Under the pieces are notes generated by a model. The model did no database searches, had not been told where the DNA came from, and worked only from the letters and a program-made list of their open reading frames with translations. Below, piece after piece: positions 8,112 through 18,002 of a DNA stretch of 25,854 nt. Source of the DNA: a virus (lineage: Duplodnaviria; Caudoviricetes); the IMG/VR virus record IMGVR_UViG_3300017778_004783, positions 1 to 25,854 of that record; one strand, given 5' to 3'. The number at the start of each line of letters is the position of its first letter. Positions within the stretch are counted from its first letter, which is position 1. Position numbers and translations under genes: made by a program.

Positions 8112-11100
8112 ATGAATTCGTCGTATAGAGTTAGGACCCAAGTTGGTGTTGATAAATCCGTTCCAATTGATTTAGAACAAGAATTTGAGACTTTAGAAAT
8201 ATTATCATTAAAGATTTACCAAAGGGACATCTATACCAGAGTATGTTCTGACTATGGTGTTATTTGTGGTAGGGTTTTTACTAACAAAGGGTACGGGGTT
8301 CCTAATGTTAAACTTTCATTGTTTGTACCTCTTACTGACGAAGATTCACAAAATCCAATTATATCTGAAATCTATCCATATAATAGTATTGATAATTTAG
8401 ATGAAAATGGATATAGGTATAATTTATTACCTAAAGAACAATCTCACGGAGGACACACTCCAACAGGAACATTCCCGACAAGATTAGAAGTATTAACTAA
8501 TAAGAATTTATCTGAAGTTTACGACAAGTATTATAAATATACTGTCAAAACTAATGAGTCAGGTGACTATATGATATTTGGTGTACCTATTGGTTCTTAC
8601 ACTATTGTAATGGATGTTGATTTGAGTGACATTGGAGAATTTTCATTAACACCTCAAGATTTGATTAGATTAGGATTAGCAACTGAAGGACAAGTTGCTG
8701 GGTCAAGGTTTAACACATCATCCAATTTAAATTCATTACCTCAAATTATTAACCTTACAAAACAAGTTGAAGTATTACCACTTTGGGGTGAGGAAGAAGT
8801 TTGTAAACCATCTATAACAAGAACTGACTTTGACTTAACTCAAGAGGCAAATATTGATTTAACACCGACAGCTGTTTTTATCGGCTCCGTTATGAGTACT
8901 GAAGATGAAATTAAAATTGGTAATACTTGTAAAGTCCCTAAAAAAATTGGAGAGTTCTGTAAATTAGTTACAGGTCCGGGTCAAATAAAAGCGATTAGAC
9001 AAACTATTAATTACGATACTGATTCTACCTCAAGTACTTTTGGATATCCTCAATTAGAGGAATTTAAATTAACAAATGATGGTCACGTAATTGATGAAAA
9101 CGGAGCTTGGATGGTAGAAGTACCTATGAATTTAGATTATGTGTATACTAATGAATTTGGAGAACAAATAATATCATCAGACCCTACGGTTGGAGTTCCG
9201 ACAAAGGCAAAATATAGATTTAAAATTAAATGGAACCAATCACCTTCACTATCTGAAGAAACAAGACGGGGTTATTTTTTAGTACCAAATGTTAAAGAAT
9301 GGGGATGGACTGGTCCATCTGACAATTATTTTGAAGATGGTAACCCTGCATTTTACGCATCAAACTCACTTAATAGTGAGTATTTACAATTCCAACAATC
9401 ATATGCGTTTAGTTTAGATTGGTTAGATTACGGAAATCCATTGACTCCCGAAGGTCAACAAATGTTACAAGAAGCAATTAATTGTGAAGATAGATTTTTT
9501 GAATTTGAATATAAGAAATTATATACCATTTCACAATTAATGGACAAATATAAAAATGGTAATGGGCAAAAATTTATCGGTATTAAAAATATATTAGATG
9601 GTGATTGTTCATCTGAAAATAATAAATATCCCATCAATGACGCTTACAGGGGGACATCAATATTATATCTGATGTTTTCATTTTTTTTAAGTATCATTAA
9701 AATGTTAATGTTTCCAATTATTATTGTGTTACATGCAGTTTCATTAATTTTATATATTGTCGCTTTTATTTTAACATTATTAATATGGTTAATTTACGCC
9801 CCTATATATTACTTTATTCAGGGTGTGGTAGACGCTATTAACTGGTTATCACCGGGTAGCCCATTATCTAATCCATTTGATACTTCTCCATCAGAACTTA
9901 CCGAAATAATTTTTGATAAAATAGTAATTAGAAAAATACCTGTCCCATTATTATTACAATCTGAAGGTGAATGTACTTTTTGTGATTGTAAGGAAAATGA
10001 AGCTGTATCCGATTATGAAAATAGTACGGTTAATAATTTATTGTCTGAAGTAGGTAATAGTTGTAATTTACCATTGAATGACGGGAACCAATTTACGGTT
10101 ACTATAAGTGAATTAATTTCTGAGTTTACCCCTCACTTTAGAGTTACTGTTGGGGGTATGCAGAGTTCATCAACTAATGCTAGTATTAGAACACCTTCTT
10201 CCGCATATCTTGACCCATATAGTGATGGAGGTATAAATTACCACGAAGAGTCGGATTTTATATTTTCAAATCAATTACCATTTGCTGAGAGAGTAAATTT
10301 ATCTAATTTAAAAGACAAATATTTTGCAAATTCTAATATTATTAGAACGTATATTGAACCAGATTTAAACGGTAATCAATATCATACAGACAATACTTTA
10401 ACATTTATTATTACAGGATGTGATGACGCATACCAAACAGGAAAATTAATTACTTTCCAAGACCCATTATTATCAACTGACCCTAATCAAACTATTGCAT
10501 TATTTGCTAATAATAGCGGAGGGTTAGAAATTACAGGTACGAGTAGTTCTGCTCAAACAATTACTTTAACCTACGCTTCAGCAAGTAGCAACGTACTAAA
10601 TGGTACTGTAACATATAATTTACCATTGAAAGGTTCTTCAGAATATGTTGATTATATGAAATATAAATCAGATATTGAATACTTCCAAGTACTTACTGCG
10701 ATTACTTATTCAGAGTTTATTGCTATGGGAGGTAACTCAACAGGATTAAGTAATCAGGGAACATTCCATAGTAGATTATTTGAATCACCTATGTGGATTG
10801 GTAAAGCGACCCATTATAATATTGGATATGAAATGTCATATCAAGGATATGTGAGTTTAAACACCACATCATTTAGTTTATTATCTTCGGCTAAGATTGT
10901 TATATGTACAAGAGGTGTTGACCCGTATTCACCAAAGTTTAACACAAAGTATGACATTAGTAGAATATTAAATCAACCCGTTGGTACTATTCAAATTCAG
11001 GGTGACTATAGAATTAACATCCCTGTACAGGCAGGTGGTACTAGTTTGACCAATAAGAAAAAATCAGTTAGACATTTTCAAATTGAAAATAATAACGATA

Positions 11101-13430
11101 CAGACTCAAATGGGGGTAGAACATTTTTTAATTCATTTTTCTTTACACCTGGAAGTGAATTCCAACCATATGAAACTGAAATGCCAAAGTATTATGGTAG
11201 TTTAGACGAAAACTTAACTAACCCACAACATTTATTTAGAATTATTAACAGTTATACATATACCTCAATTCTTGGTGTTGGTGTGAATGATGGGTCATTA
11301 AGGGTAAAAATGTATACATCGTTAAATAATGCAGGGAATGCTTTTACACGACACTCCCTATATACAAACGATGCGTGGGGGTTTCCCGCACAACCAAATG
11401 ATAATACCTATGTTAATGGTATTACTGAAGATAATGGAGATACGTGGGGAGGGTCTTCCTATATGTTACATAATGGACAATATTATGGAGATTCCATTGA
11501 AGGTGGGTCTTATATGGTTCAAAGGTACGCTAGGTATAATAATCAAAGATGGCTTAATTCAAGTAATTTATATTTTTCTCCGGCGTATACTACAACATCA
11601 GGTTCAACATCTTGGGGTATTACATACCCATTTGGAGTTAATGGGAAAATACAAATGACCAACCCAAGTAAAATTATTTTCCGTTCAGATAGATTACCAA
11701 CGTCAACAACTGAACGTAGAAATGCTAATAACTCAATGTTATTTTTTCAAAATAAAAATTTTACGGTATATTCATTTAATGATGATACTGGAGAAATAAC
11801 TGAGGTTGAAGGATTTGGTGGGGGGGCTGACGCTATTGAATTGGAAGATAACTTTTTTGCGGATGATTCAAGTCTTGGTGGAGTTAACGACCAGGTTGTT
11901 GCGAGTTTAAGTGATTGTGCAGCTGCAGTCCCATTTGAATGTTATCAAATTGATGATGATGGAACAGTTCTTATTGAAGACTTTCCTAATTGTACTGAAG
12001 ATTTAGGTACATCGTATTTTCAAAATGGTAAAGGATGTTACACATTTGTTAACGTACCAGTTATTGGTATACCTTGGGATTTCTTTAGACTTAGTGAATG
12101 GTATAATAGAACTATCTTTAATTTATTTTTATGTTTAGATGGTGTAGAATATGATTTCTATAATAATTGGATATCTGGTAATTTATTTATGCCAACAATA
12201 TATGCAACAAATTTTCCAGATTTAAGCGGGAATATGACAAGAAAATATTGTAAAGACGTTGTTGTGTTTCACGAGGCGACTAAAAATTATTATTATAGAA
12301 GTAGTCCTTATAGATACAATTACGGATTTCTTGGTGGAAGAACAAGGGAAAGAAACAAAATTGGTTCGGGTAATGATGTTAGAGGAAATAATAGAAACTT
12401 AAAAACCCCTACAACAATTATTAATTTAGGACCAATAACTGACTATGCTAGTGAATTAGTACAAGGTGTTGGGTATTCAGGATACATTGCAAATTACCTA
12501 ACACCAACAAGTTATAGAGACATTACGGACATTGTTAATTTTTATGTTTTATCTAGAAATTTAGAATTAAGTTATCAAATGGCAATTTCAATTTATCAGG
12601 CAATTGCCAACTTTACCACAGGAACTGCAGTAATTCAGGCGTTTACTAATTCACCAATTAATCATTTATTTGGTGATAGAAATTCAAATGAATCGTCAAA
12701 AGTTAATGCTGACCTTGCTCAATTAGTATCAATTAATTCTGAATTTGGAGTACATCCATTTTCACCATCATCATATCCTAGTTCAGGTAATTTAAGAATT
12801 ATTATTTTATATGATGGTTTGGGTGTATCAGTGACAGGAGGTTCTGTGATACCTACCCCAAAAATGAAATTTATTACAGGTATATTTTTTGAGGCTTCTG
12901 ATAGAAAAAGGGATGCGGTAACCCCAAAAAGGTTATTATGGAATCAAAATGCTCAATTACCATTCCAACCAAATGATATAACAAATTATTCACAACCCAC
13001 ACAAGTGGTACCATTATACCAATGGGAATTGGATTTTCAAGACCAAGCTAATTTACTGGGAGGTGGATTTTTAAATATTCCAATACCTGACCAAAATACA
13101 CCTGTTATATTTGGTTCGGCTAAAAATGATTGGAAAACAACACCAATTTATTCTAATGATACATTTTTTTCATATGGGTTTCAAAATTTAGATAGAACAA
13201 ATAACACGTCAAGATATTTTATGGCTAATACTAACCAACAAAAATACTTAAATGGGTTTATTTATAATGTAGATAGTAATGGTAATTTTGAAATTTTAAA
13301 AGGTAATATTACCAATACTGTTAATACCGTAGGAGCTCCATATCATTTTTACTTTGGTCTTAAAAAAAGTAAAACTGCGATGGATTTATTCTACATAAAA
13401 TATGTTGATACTGATATAGTAATTGAATAA
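8112..13430 (+). CDS. Large putative virion/baseplate-associated protein with an N-terminal prealbumin/carboxypeptidase-regulatory-like beta domain and an internal transmembrane-like segment
   Basis: 1772-aa open frame within the baseplate cluster. GVICGRVF...GVPNVKLS and TVKTNESGDYMIFGVPIGSYTI resemble CarboxypepD_reg-type domains. A hydrophobic run of about 60 aa is encoded at 9660-9848. Confidence 0.7.
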   Translation: MNSSYRVRTQVGVDKSVPIDLEQEFETLEILSLKIYQRDIYTRVCSDYGVICGRVFTNKGYGVPNVKLSLFVPLTDEDSQNPIISEIYPYNSIDNLDENGYRYNLLPKEQSHGGHTPTGTFPTRLEVLTNKNLSEVYDKYYKYTVKTNESGDYMIFGVPIGSYTIVMDVDLSDIGEFSLTPQDLIRLGLATEGQVAGSRFNTSSNLNSLPQIINLTKQVEVLPLWGEEEVCKPSITRTDFDLTQEANIDLTPTAVFIGSVMSTEDEIKIGNTCKVPKKIGEFCKLVTGPGQIKAIRQTINYDTDSTSSTFGYPQLEEFKLTNDGHVIDENGAWMVEVPMNLDYVYTNEFGEQIISSDPTVGVPTKAKYRFKIKWNQSPSLSEETRRGYFLVPNVKEWGWTGPSDNYFEDGNPAFYASNSLNSEYLQFQQSYAFSLDWLDYGNPLTPEGQQMLQEAINCEDRFFEFEYKKLYTISQLMDKYKNGNGQKFIGIKNILDGDCSSENNKYPINDAYRGTSILYLMFSFFLSIIKMLMFPIIIVLHAVSLILYIVAFILTLLIWLIYAPIYYFIQGVVDAINWLSPGSPLSNPFDTSPSELTEIIFDKIVIRKIPVPLLLQSEGECTFCDCKENEAVSDYENSTVNNLLSEVGNSCNLPLNDGNQFTVTISELISEFTPHFRVTVGGMQSSSTNASIRTPSSAYLDPYSDGGINYHEESDFIFSNQLPFAERVNLSNLKDKYFANSNIIRTYIEPDLNGNQYHTDNTLTFIITGCDDAYQTGKLITFQDPLLSTDPNQTIALFANNSGGLEITGTSSSAQTITLTYASASSNVLNGTVTYNLPLKGSSEYVDYMKYKSDIEYFQVLTAITYSEFIAMGGNSTGLSNQGTFHSRLFESPMWIGKATHYNIGYEMSYQGYVSLNTTSFSLLSSAKIVICTRGVDPYSPKFNTKYDISRILNQPVGTIQIQGDYRINIPVQAGGTSLTNKKKSVRHFQIENNNDTDSNGGRTFFNSFFFTPGSEFQPYETEMPKYYGSLDENLTNPQHLFRIINSYTYTSILGVGVNDGSLRVKMYTSLNNAGNAFTRHSLYTNDAWGFPAQPNDNTYVNGITEDNGDTWGGSSYMLHNGQYYGDSIEGGSYMVQRYARYNNQRWLNSSNLYFSPAYTTTSGSTSWGITYPFGVNGKIQMTNPSKIIFRSDRLPTSTTERRNANNSMLFFQNKNFTVYSFNDDTGEITEVEGFGGGADAIELEDNFFADDSSLGGVNDQVVASLSDCAAAVPFECYQIDDDGTVLIEDFPNCTEDLGTSYFQNGKGCYTFVNVPVIGIPWDFFRLSEWYNRTIFNLFLCLDGVEYDFYNNWISGNLFMPTIYATNFPDLSGNMTRKYCKDVVVFHEATKNYYYRSSPYRYNYGFLGGRTRERNKIGSGNDVRGNNRNLKTPTTIINLGPITDYASELVQGVGYSGYIANYLTPTSYRDITDIVNFYVLSRNLELSYQMAISIYQAIANFTTGTAVIQAFTNSPINHLFGDRNSNESSKVNADLAQLVSINSEFGVHPFSPSSYPSSGNLRIIILYDGLGVSVTGGSVIPTPKMKFITGIFFEASDRKRDAVTPKRLLWNQNAQLPFQPNDITNYSQPTQVVPLYQWELDFQDQANLLGGGFLNIPIPDQNTPVIFGSAKNDWKTTPIYSNDTFFSYGFQNLDRTNNTSRYFMANTNQQKYLNGFIYNVDSNGNFEILKGNITNTVNTVGAPYHFYFGLKKSKTAMDLFYIKYVDTDIVIE

Positions 13431-15210
13431 CGAGAATAAAATATCAATTTTACTACCTGCGGATAGATACAAAGGTGCTCCTGAACTTGACAATAATCTT
13501 GTTTTTGAGTTAGACTCAAAACAAAAAGAAGTTATTGAATATGACAGGAACCCTAATGTTTTTTTAGATGAGTTATATGATAATGAACGACAACTATCAA
13601 CTTATTTTAATTTATCTGCAAAACTAACTACAATCTTTCAAAATCAATATACAGGTGAAACTAATTATTCATCATTTAAAGACCAATTGTATTATGTAAA
13701 CGAAAATTATTACCAAACCCAAAGTTTCTTGTTAAATTTTAATGGTTATTGGGGGGGATTTCCACAGTATAAAGAATTTGATTTATCACGTAATGATTTT
13801 AATGTTGTAGGGTATACGACAGGTACTAACTCTCACATTAACTTTATCCAAAGTGAAACCCCAAGATACAATTGGAATTTTTATTTAACTTATCCATATT
13901 CAAATGACTATACCAAAACTTTAACTAACTATAATGGTTTTTACAGTTCTTGGACTGTGGGGGATGGGATACCATTTGAAACATCTTATTTTACATATAA
14001 TGGACAAAATTTAATATTATTTAAATGTTTTGTTAAACACGGATTGACTGAGGGAGAGACGGTTCAATTATCTGAAACATATACCAATCCGTCAACCGGT
14101 GTTGCGACAAATTTATTTGAAGTTTACTTGTTAGGTAATGACACTTTAAATTCTGAAGAATATTATTTTTCAATTCTTAACATCGGTTATTTAAATAATT
14201 TTTTACCTCCAAATACAATTGGGACATTTAAAAGAGTATTGGACCCAAATAACTTATCTGAAACTACTTCAAAATATTATATTAGACAACATATTGTAAT
14301 TGATGATTATAATAATTTAGTTTTAACTAATGCAGGTTTTGAACGAGAAATATTTTCAGATGAAAAGAAATTTTTTCAAGCAGCTTTAACTACTAATTTA
14401 CAAGATAGAGTCGCTTATAAAGAAGGGACTAATGTGTATAATTTAACAAATAAAGTACGTATTGACATTAATGGTCTGATTGATAATAATAAACGACCAT
14501 TAACTGAATTATATTATACAATAATTAATAGAGGTAAATTTGGATGGTTTAACCCTCCTGTTGCAGGTGGTAATACATCACTTAAACAAGGGTGGGGATT
14601 TAATATTGATTATCCATCTCCATCATTATATTGGTCAAGAAATCCAAATAATCCTACGTCAGATACCAATATACAAGTATCATCATTTAGTAAAATTGAA
14701 AACAATCAAACTTATAATTTTTACTATAATAACGATTTAAACGTTGGTGATATTATTGACGGTGATTTTTGTGAATGGAATGATTTTGAACAATCCGAAA
14801 GAGTAATTTCAGATTACTATCATAAGTTTGTGTTGAATTCTAATGTATTTGTTAATACGAGTGCTGACCTACTTGAAAATAGAAATCCTAGAGGTTACTA
14901 CTACCAACCACATAATAAATTCACTTTACGAGTATTTTCAGATTATGTTGAAACTGCACCATTAACGGATAAAGTTGTTGGTATTCCTAATTACGCTTAC
15001 TACTCACAGAACAATCAGGAATATAGATGGAGAGATTTGTATCCTTATGGTTACATTGATGGATTTGATAATGGAGTTGATAACCCATATACCAATAACT
15101 CTCACTACGTACATCAAAACTTTATTTTTAAAATACTACCCGAAGGTTCAAATTTTGCAATAAACGATACTGATTATATTAATTCCCCAATTGAAGATGG
15201 ATGTGAATAA
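13423..15210 (+). CDS. Hypothetical structural protein (TTG start, no internal Met)
   Basis: 595-aa open frame, N/Y/F/T-rich like its neighbours. The TTG start overlaps the upstream stop (TTGAATAA). No family recognised. Confidence 0.75.
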   Translation: MNNENKISILLPADRYKGAPELDNNLVFELDSKQKEVIEYDRNPNVFLDELYDNERQLSTYFNLSAKLTTIFQNQYTGETNYSSFKDQLYYVNENYYQTQSFLLNFNGYWGGFPQYKEFDLSRNDFNVVGYTTGTNSHINFIQSETPRYNWNFYLTYPYSNDYTKTLTNYNGFYSSWTVGDGIPFETSYFTYNGQNLILFKCFVKHGLTEGETVQLSETYTNPSTGVATNLFEVYLLGNDTLNSEEYYFSILNIGYLNNFLPPNTIGTFKRVLDPNNLSETTSKYYIRQHIVIDDYNNLVLTNAGFEREIFSDEKKFFQAALTTNLQDRVAYKEGTNVYNLTNKVRIDINGLIDNNKRPLTELYYTIINRGKFGWFNPPVAGGNTSLKQGWGFNIDYPSPSLYWSRNPNNPTSDTNIQVSSFSKIENNQTYNFYYNNDLNVGDIIDGDFCEWNDFEQSERVISDYYHKFVLNSNVFVNTSADLLENRNPRGYYYQPHNKFTLRVFSDYVETAPLTDKVVGIPNYAYYSQNNQEYRWRDLYPYGYIDGFDNGVDNPYTNNSHYVHQNFIFKILPEGSNFAINDTDYINSPIEDGCE

Positions 15211-15991
15211 ATTTAAATTATTACAGAATAATGACAATCAATATCAAATTGTCTTACCAATCCAAACTGATAATTTTTATTTGGGTTTGGATATGGGAAT
15301 TGATGAAATTGAATCACAAGTTATTAAAGAGGTTATTGGGTTACCAAAAAACTATGAGATTTCTAGATTTGTTTTTAAAGAAGAAGTTGAACCGTTTAAC
15401 GGTGATTCGTCCTTAAATATAAATTTTAAATTTTTTAATTTTAGTACAAACTCTTGGGAAAGTAGTTATTTGTCGGTGTTTCAACAACAACAGATTTATT
15501 ACAATACTACCGCCTTTTCTAATTCATTTTTCAAATTGGATTTTTATGACAAAAATGATAATAAAAATCAAAAAATAATTTTCACAGTCGTAATACCAAC
15601 ACAACAAGGTAAATTTGAAAACGTTCAAATATTCCCTTCTTGGTATGCAAACGAAGGTTATGCTAATTTAAAGACTGCTTCATTCCAATTAAATTATTTA
15701 CAAGATAAAGAAGGTTATTTTATTTATTTTTTAGAGGACCAAACAATTATTAATTTAACTGACTTTTATGTTACATTTAAATTCTTTAATGGTAACACGG
15801 GACAATTTATACAATTTTTAACACAAGACCCATCAACGTTTACAAACAATAACTATAACCCTGATGATTACCAATATTTGAAAGTTGTGTTAGATTATAA
15901 TGATTATACATACAAATATACAACTTTAAATGGGGTGGATATTGGTAACGAACAGAATCCAATAAACCTATATCAATACATAAATCCGTAA
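15197..15991 (+). CDS. Hypothetical structural protein
   Basis: Open frame from 15191. The ATG at 15197 (MDVNKFK) overlapping the previous gene end is the likelier start. Contains FSNSFFKLDFYD and FKFFNGNTGQF; no family recognised. Confidence 0.75.
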   Translation: MDVNKFKLLQNNDNQYQIVLPIQTDNFYLGLDMGIDEIESQVIKEVIGLPKNYEISRFVFKEEVEPFNGDSSLNINFKFFNFSTNSWESSYLSVFQQQQIYYNTTAFSNSFFKLDFYDKNDNKNQKIIFTVVIPTQQGKFENVQIFPSWYANEGYANLKTASFQLNYLQDKEGYFIYFLEDQTIINLTDFYVTFKFFNGNTGQFIQFLTQDPSTFTNNNYNPDDYQYLKVVLDYNDYTYKYTTLNGVDIGNEQNPINLYQYINP

Positions 15992-17091
15992 TGGAAAACG
16001 AATATTTAAGATATAAAATATCACCTGAAGTCATTACTGGAGATGTAAGAACTGTAATAGTTAGTGGTACATCTTACGGAATAATTTCAGGAATGACAAG
16101 TATTCTAAGTGGGGGAACTAATGGAGAATCATTACTTACTGACTTAACTTTACCAATACCATTATTTCAAACAGGAATTGATTATGGGTATTATGATGGT
16201 TTTGATGGTAACGTACTACAACAGGATACTGTAACTAATTTTTTATTTGTCCAAACAGGTCAGACATATGAGGTTACGGTTTTTAATACTTCAGATATGT
16301 CACAAAAAAAATTATTATCTGAATCTACATATACAATTGATTGGGGGGATGGGTCACCTATACAAACAACATCGTTAATTGCTCCGTTTGGAATTAATCA
16401 TACTTATTTACAAGTTCCTTACACATATACAATTACTTTATCTCAAACAAACCCTTGGGGTATTACAAACGTTACTAAAACAGTTACTGTACCCTATTCA
16501 TTGGTCCCAAACCCAAATCCTTATGGTAATGTTACGTTTACACCTGCGGGAGGTTCTTGGGCAAATACACCTGTTTCTTATGATTTTATATTTTGGGGTG
16601 ATGAAGAAAATACAATTGCTCAACAAGTAAGTTCAAATTTTACAACAGTTCCGTTTTATGTTACCGCACAAACTAAATCACAATTAACTGAATTGGCGTT
16701 ATATGGACCTCAAAAATATATTGTTAACCAACCGATATTTTCAGGTGTTGGTGCCGGTGCAACTTACGTAGGGGTAATCTTTGGAATTGACCCTAACGGT
16801 GAATATACAGGGTATACTGTTAACAATGTTGACTACTATGACTTTAGTAACGGGACAACAATTTTATACGCTCAAAGTAGTGGTATTACATCAGAAATGT
16901 TAGTTCAATCCGCAATTACAAAAAATGAATATCTTTTAGGTGTAATTGACCAACCAGAAATTTTCTCAAATGTATTTATTGAAAGAGGAAAAGAATCCGG
17001 TAATGAAAGAATCCAAAGATTGGGTGATGTGAATAGTTTAGGTGGATTGATTAAATACGGATATAAATTCTTCAAAATTAAAAAATATTAA
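15991..17091 (+). CDS. Putative structural protein with a PKD-like Ig domain
   Basis: 366 aa with a TAATG overlap. YTIDWGDGS...NHTY...YTITLS (about 16330-16490) resembles the PKD WDFGDG...HTY...YTVTL signature. Confidence 0.7.
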   Translation: MENEYLRYKISPEVITGDVRTVIVSGTSYGIISGMTSILSGGTNGESLLTDLTLPIPLFQTGIDYGYYDGFDGNVLQQDTVTNFLFVQTGQTYEVTVFNTSDMSQKKLLSESTYTIDWGDGSPIQTTSLIAPFGINHTYLQVPYTYTITLSQTNPWGITNVTKTVTVPYSLVPNPNPYGNVTFTPAGGSWANTPVSYDFIFWGDEENTIAQQVSSNFTTVPFYVTAQTKSQLTELALYGPQKYIVNQPIFSGVGAGATYVGVIFGIDPNGEYTGYTVNNVDYYDFSNGTTILYAQSSGITSEMLVQSAITKNEYLLGVIDQPEIFSNVFIERGKESGNERIQRLGDVNSLGGLIKYGYKFFKIKKY

Positions 17092-17093
17092 AA

Positions 17094-18002
17094 ATGGCAA
17101 TAGGTTCATACGGTACAATTAGACCATCAGATGTTTCTCCGGCAGACGTTGAAATAATTCTCCATTATACCCCATCAAGGGATTTTACGGAAAATTATAC
17201 ATTAAAGACTTTAGATGCAAATACTCTTTTACGTCCTTATTTTAATAATGATACAACAGGAGGTAACGCAAATGTTGAAATATTAGGTGGACTTTATAAT
17301 TTAAAATTACCAGCAACTGAATTTAACAAATTAGGGATTTATACATTGTATTTGAGACCTGCTCAGATTAGAACTCAAATTACCGATTGCGGTGTTTTAT
17401 CCGCATTACCAAATGTTAAAGGGATTATAATTGACGTTACAAATGTCCCAAGTCAATACAGAAACAAATTTGTCACTCAAGGACTTGTTGGATTTAGAGT
17501 TGAGTATTTAAATTCAGATGGAACTAAAGTTCCTAATTTCTTTAGATACATCACATCAAGTTTTTACTGTGAACCTGTAACTCAAAATTTGACAACAACA
17601 CAACAAAAAGTTGTAAGATATAGATATGTGGATAATACTTCTAATTTAGTATTCTGTACGTTGACACCATCATCAGCCCCAACTAACAAACCAAATGCAA
17701 CTCCATTTATTGGAACACCTGGCCAGAACATTATTATTAGTAATACATTTTTTAATCCTGTAACATTGGATGTTGAGATTGTTGAACACGACGCTTCAAC
17801 ATTAGCATTGGCGTTGTATGGTAACCAAACCAAATCTATGGATGATGGTATCTACACGATTTACGACTCAACTAATAACATTTATAAACAATATAACTTA
17901 TACGAAATTAGAGACCAATTTAACGAATTACTTTACGAAGTTAGACAAGATAGAGGTGGTAACATTGATTTTAGTAAAAGTTATGACAATATAATTGCTT
18001 AA
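17094..18002 (+). CDS. Hypothetical structural protein (baseplate region)
   Basis: 302-aa open frame starting 2 nt after the previous stop, coupled to the next gene by TAATG. No family recognised. Confidence 0.75.
   Translation: MAIGSYGTIRPSDVSPADVEIILHYTPSRDFTENYTLKTLDANTLLRPYFNNDTTGGNANVEILGGLYNLKLPATEFNKLGIYTLYLRPAQIRTQITDCGVLSALPNVKGIIIDVTNVPSQYRNKFVTQGLVGFRVEYLNSDGTKVPNFFRYITSSFYCEPVTQNLTTTQQKVVRYRYVDNTSNLVFCTLTPSSAPTNKPNATPFIGTPGQNIIISNTFFNPVTLDVEIVEHDASTLALALYGNQTKSMDDGIYTIYDSTNNIYKQYNLYEIRDQFNELLYEVRQDRGGNIDFSKSYDNIIA

Noticed and set aside
15191-15196. TTG start at 15191 given by the ORF track
   Set aside because: An in-frame ATG two codons later (15197) is the more plausible start.
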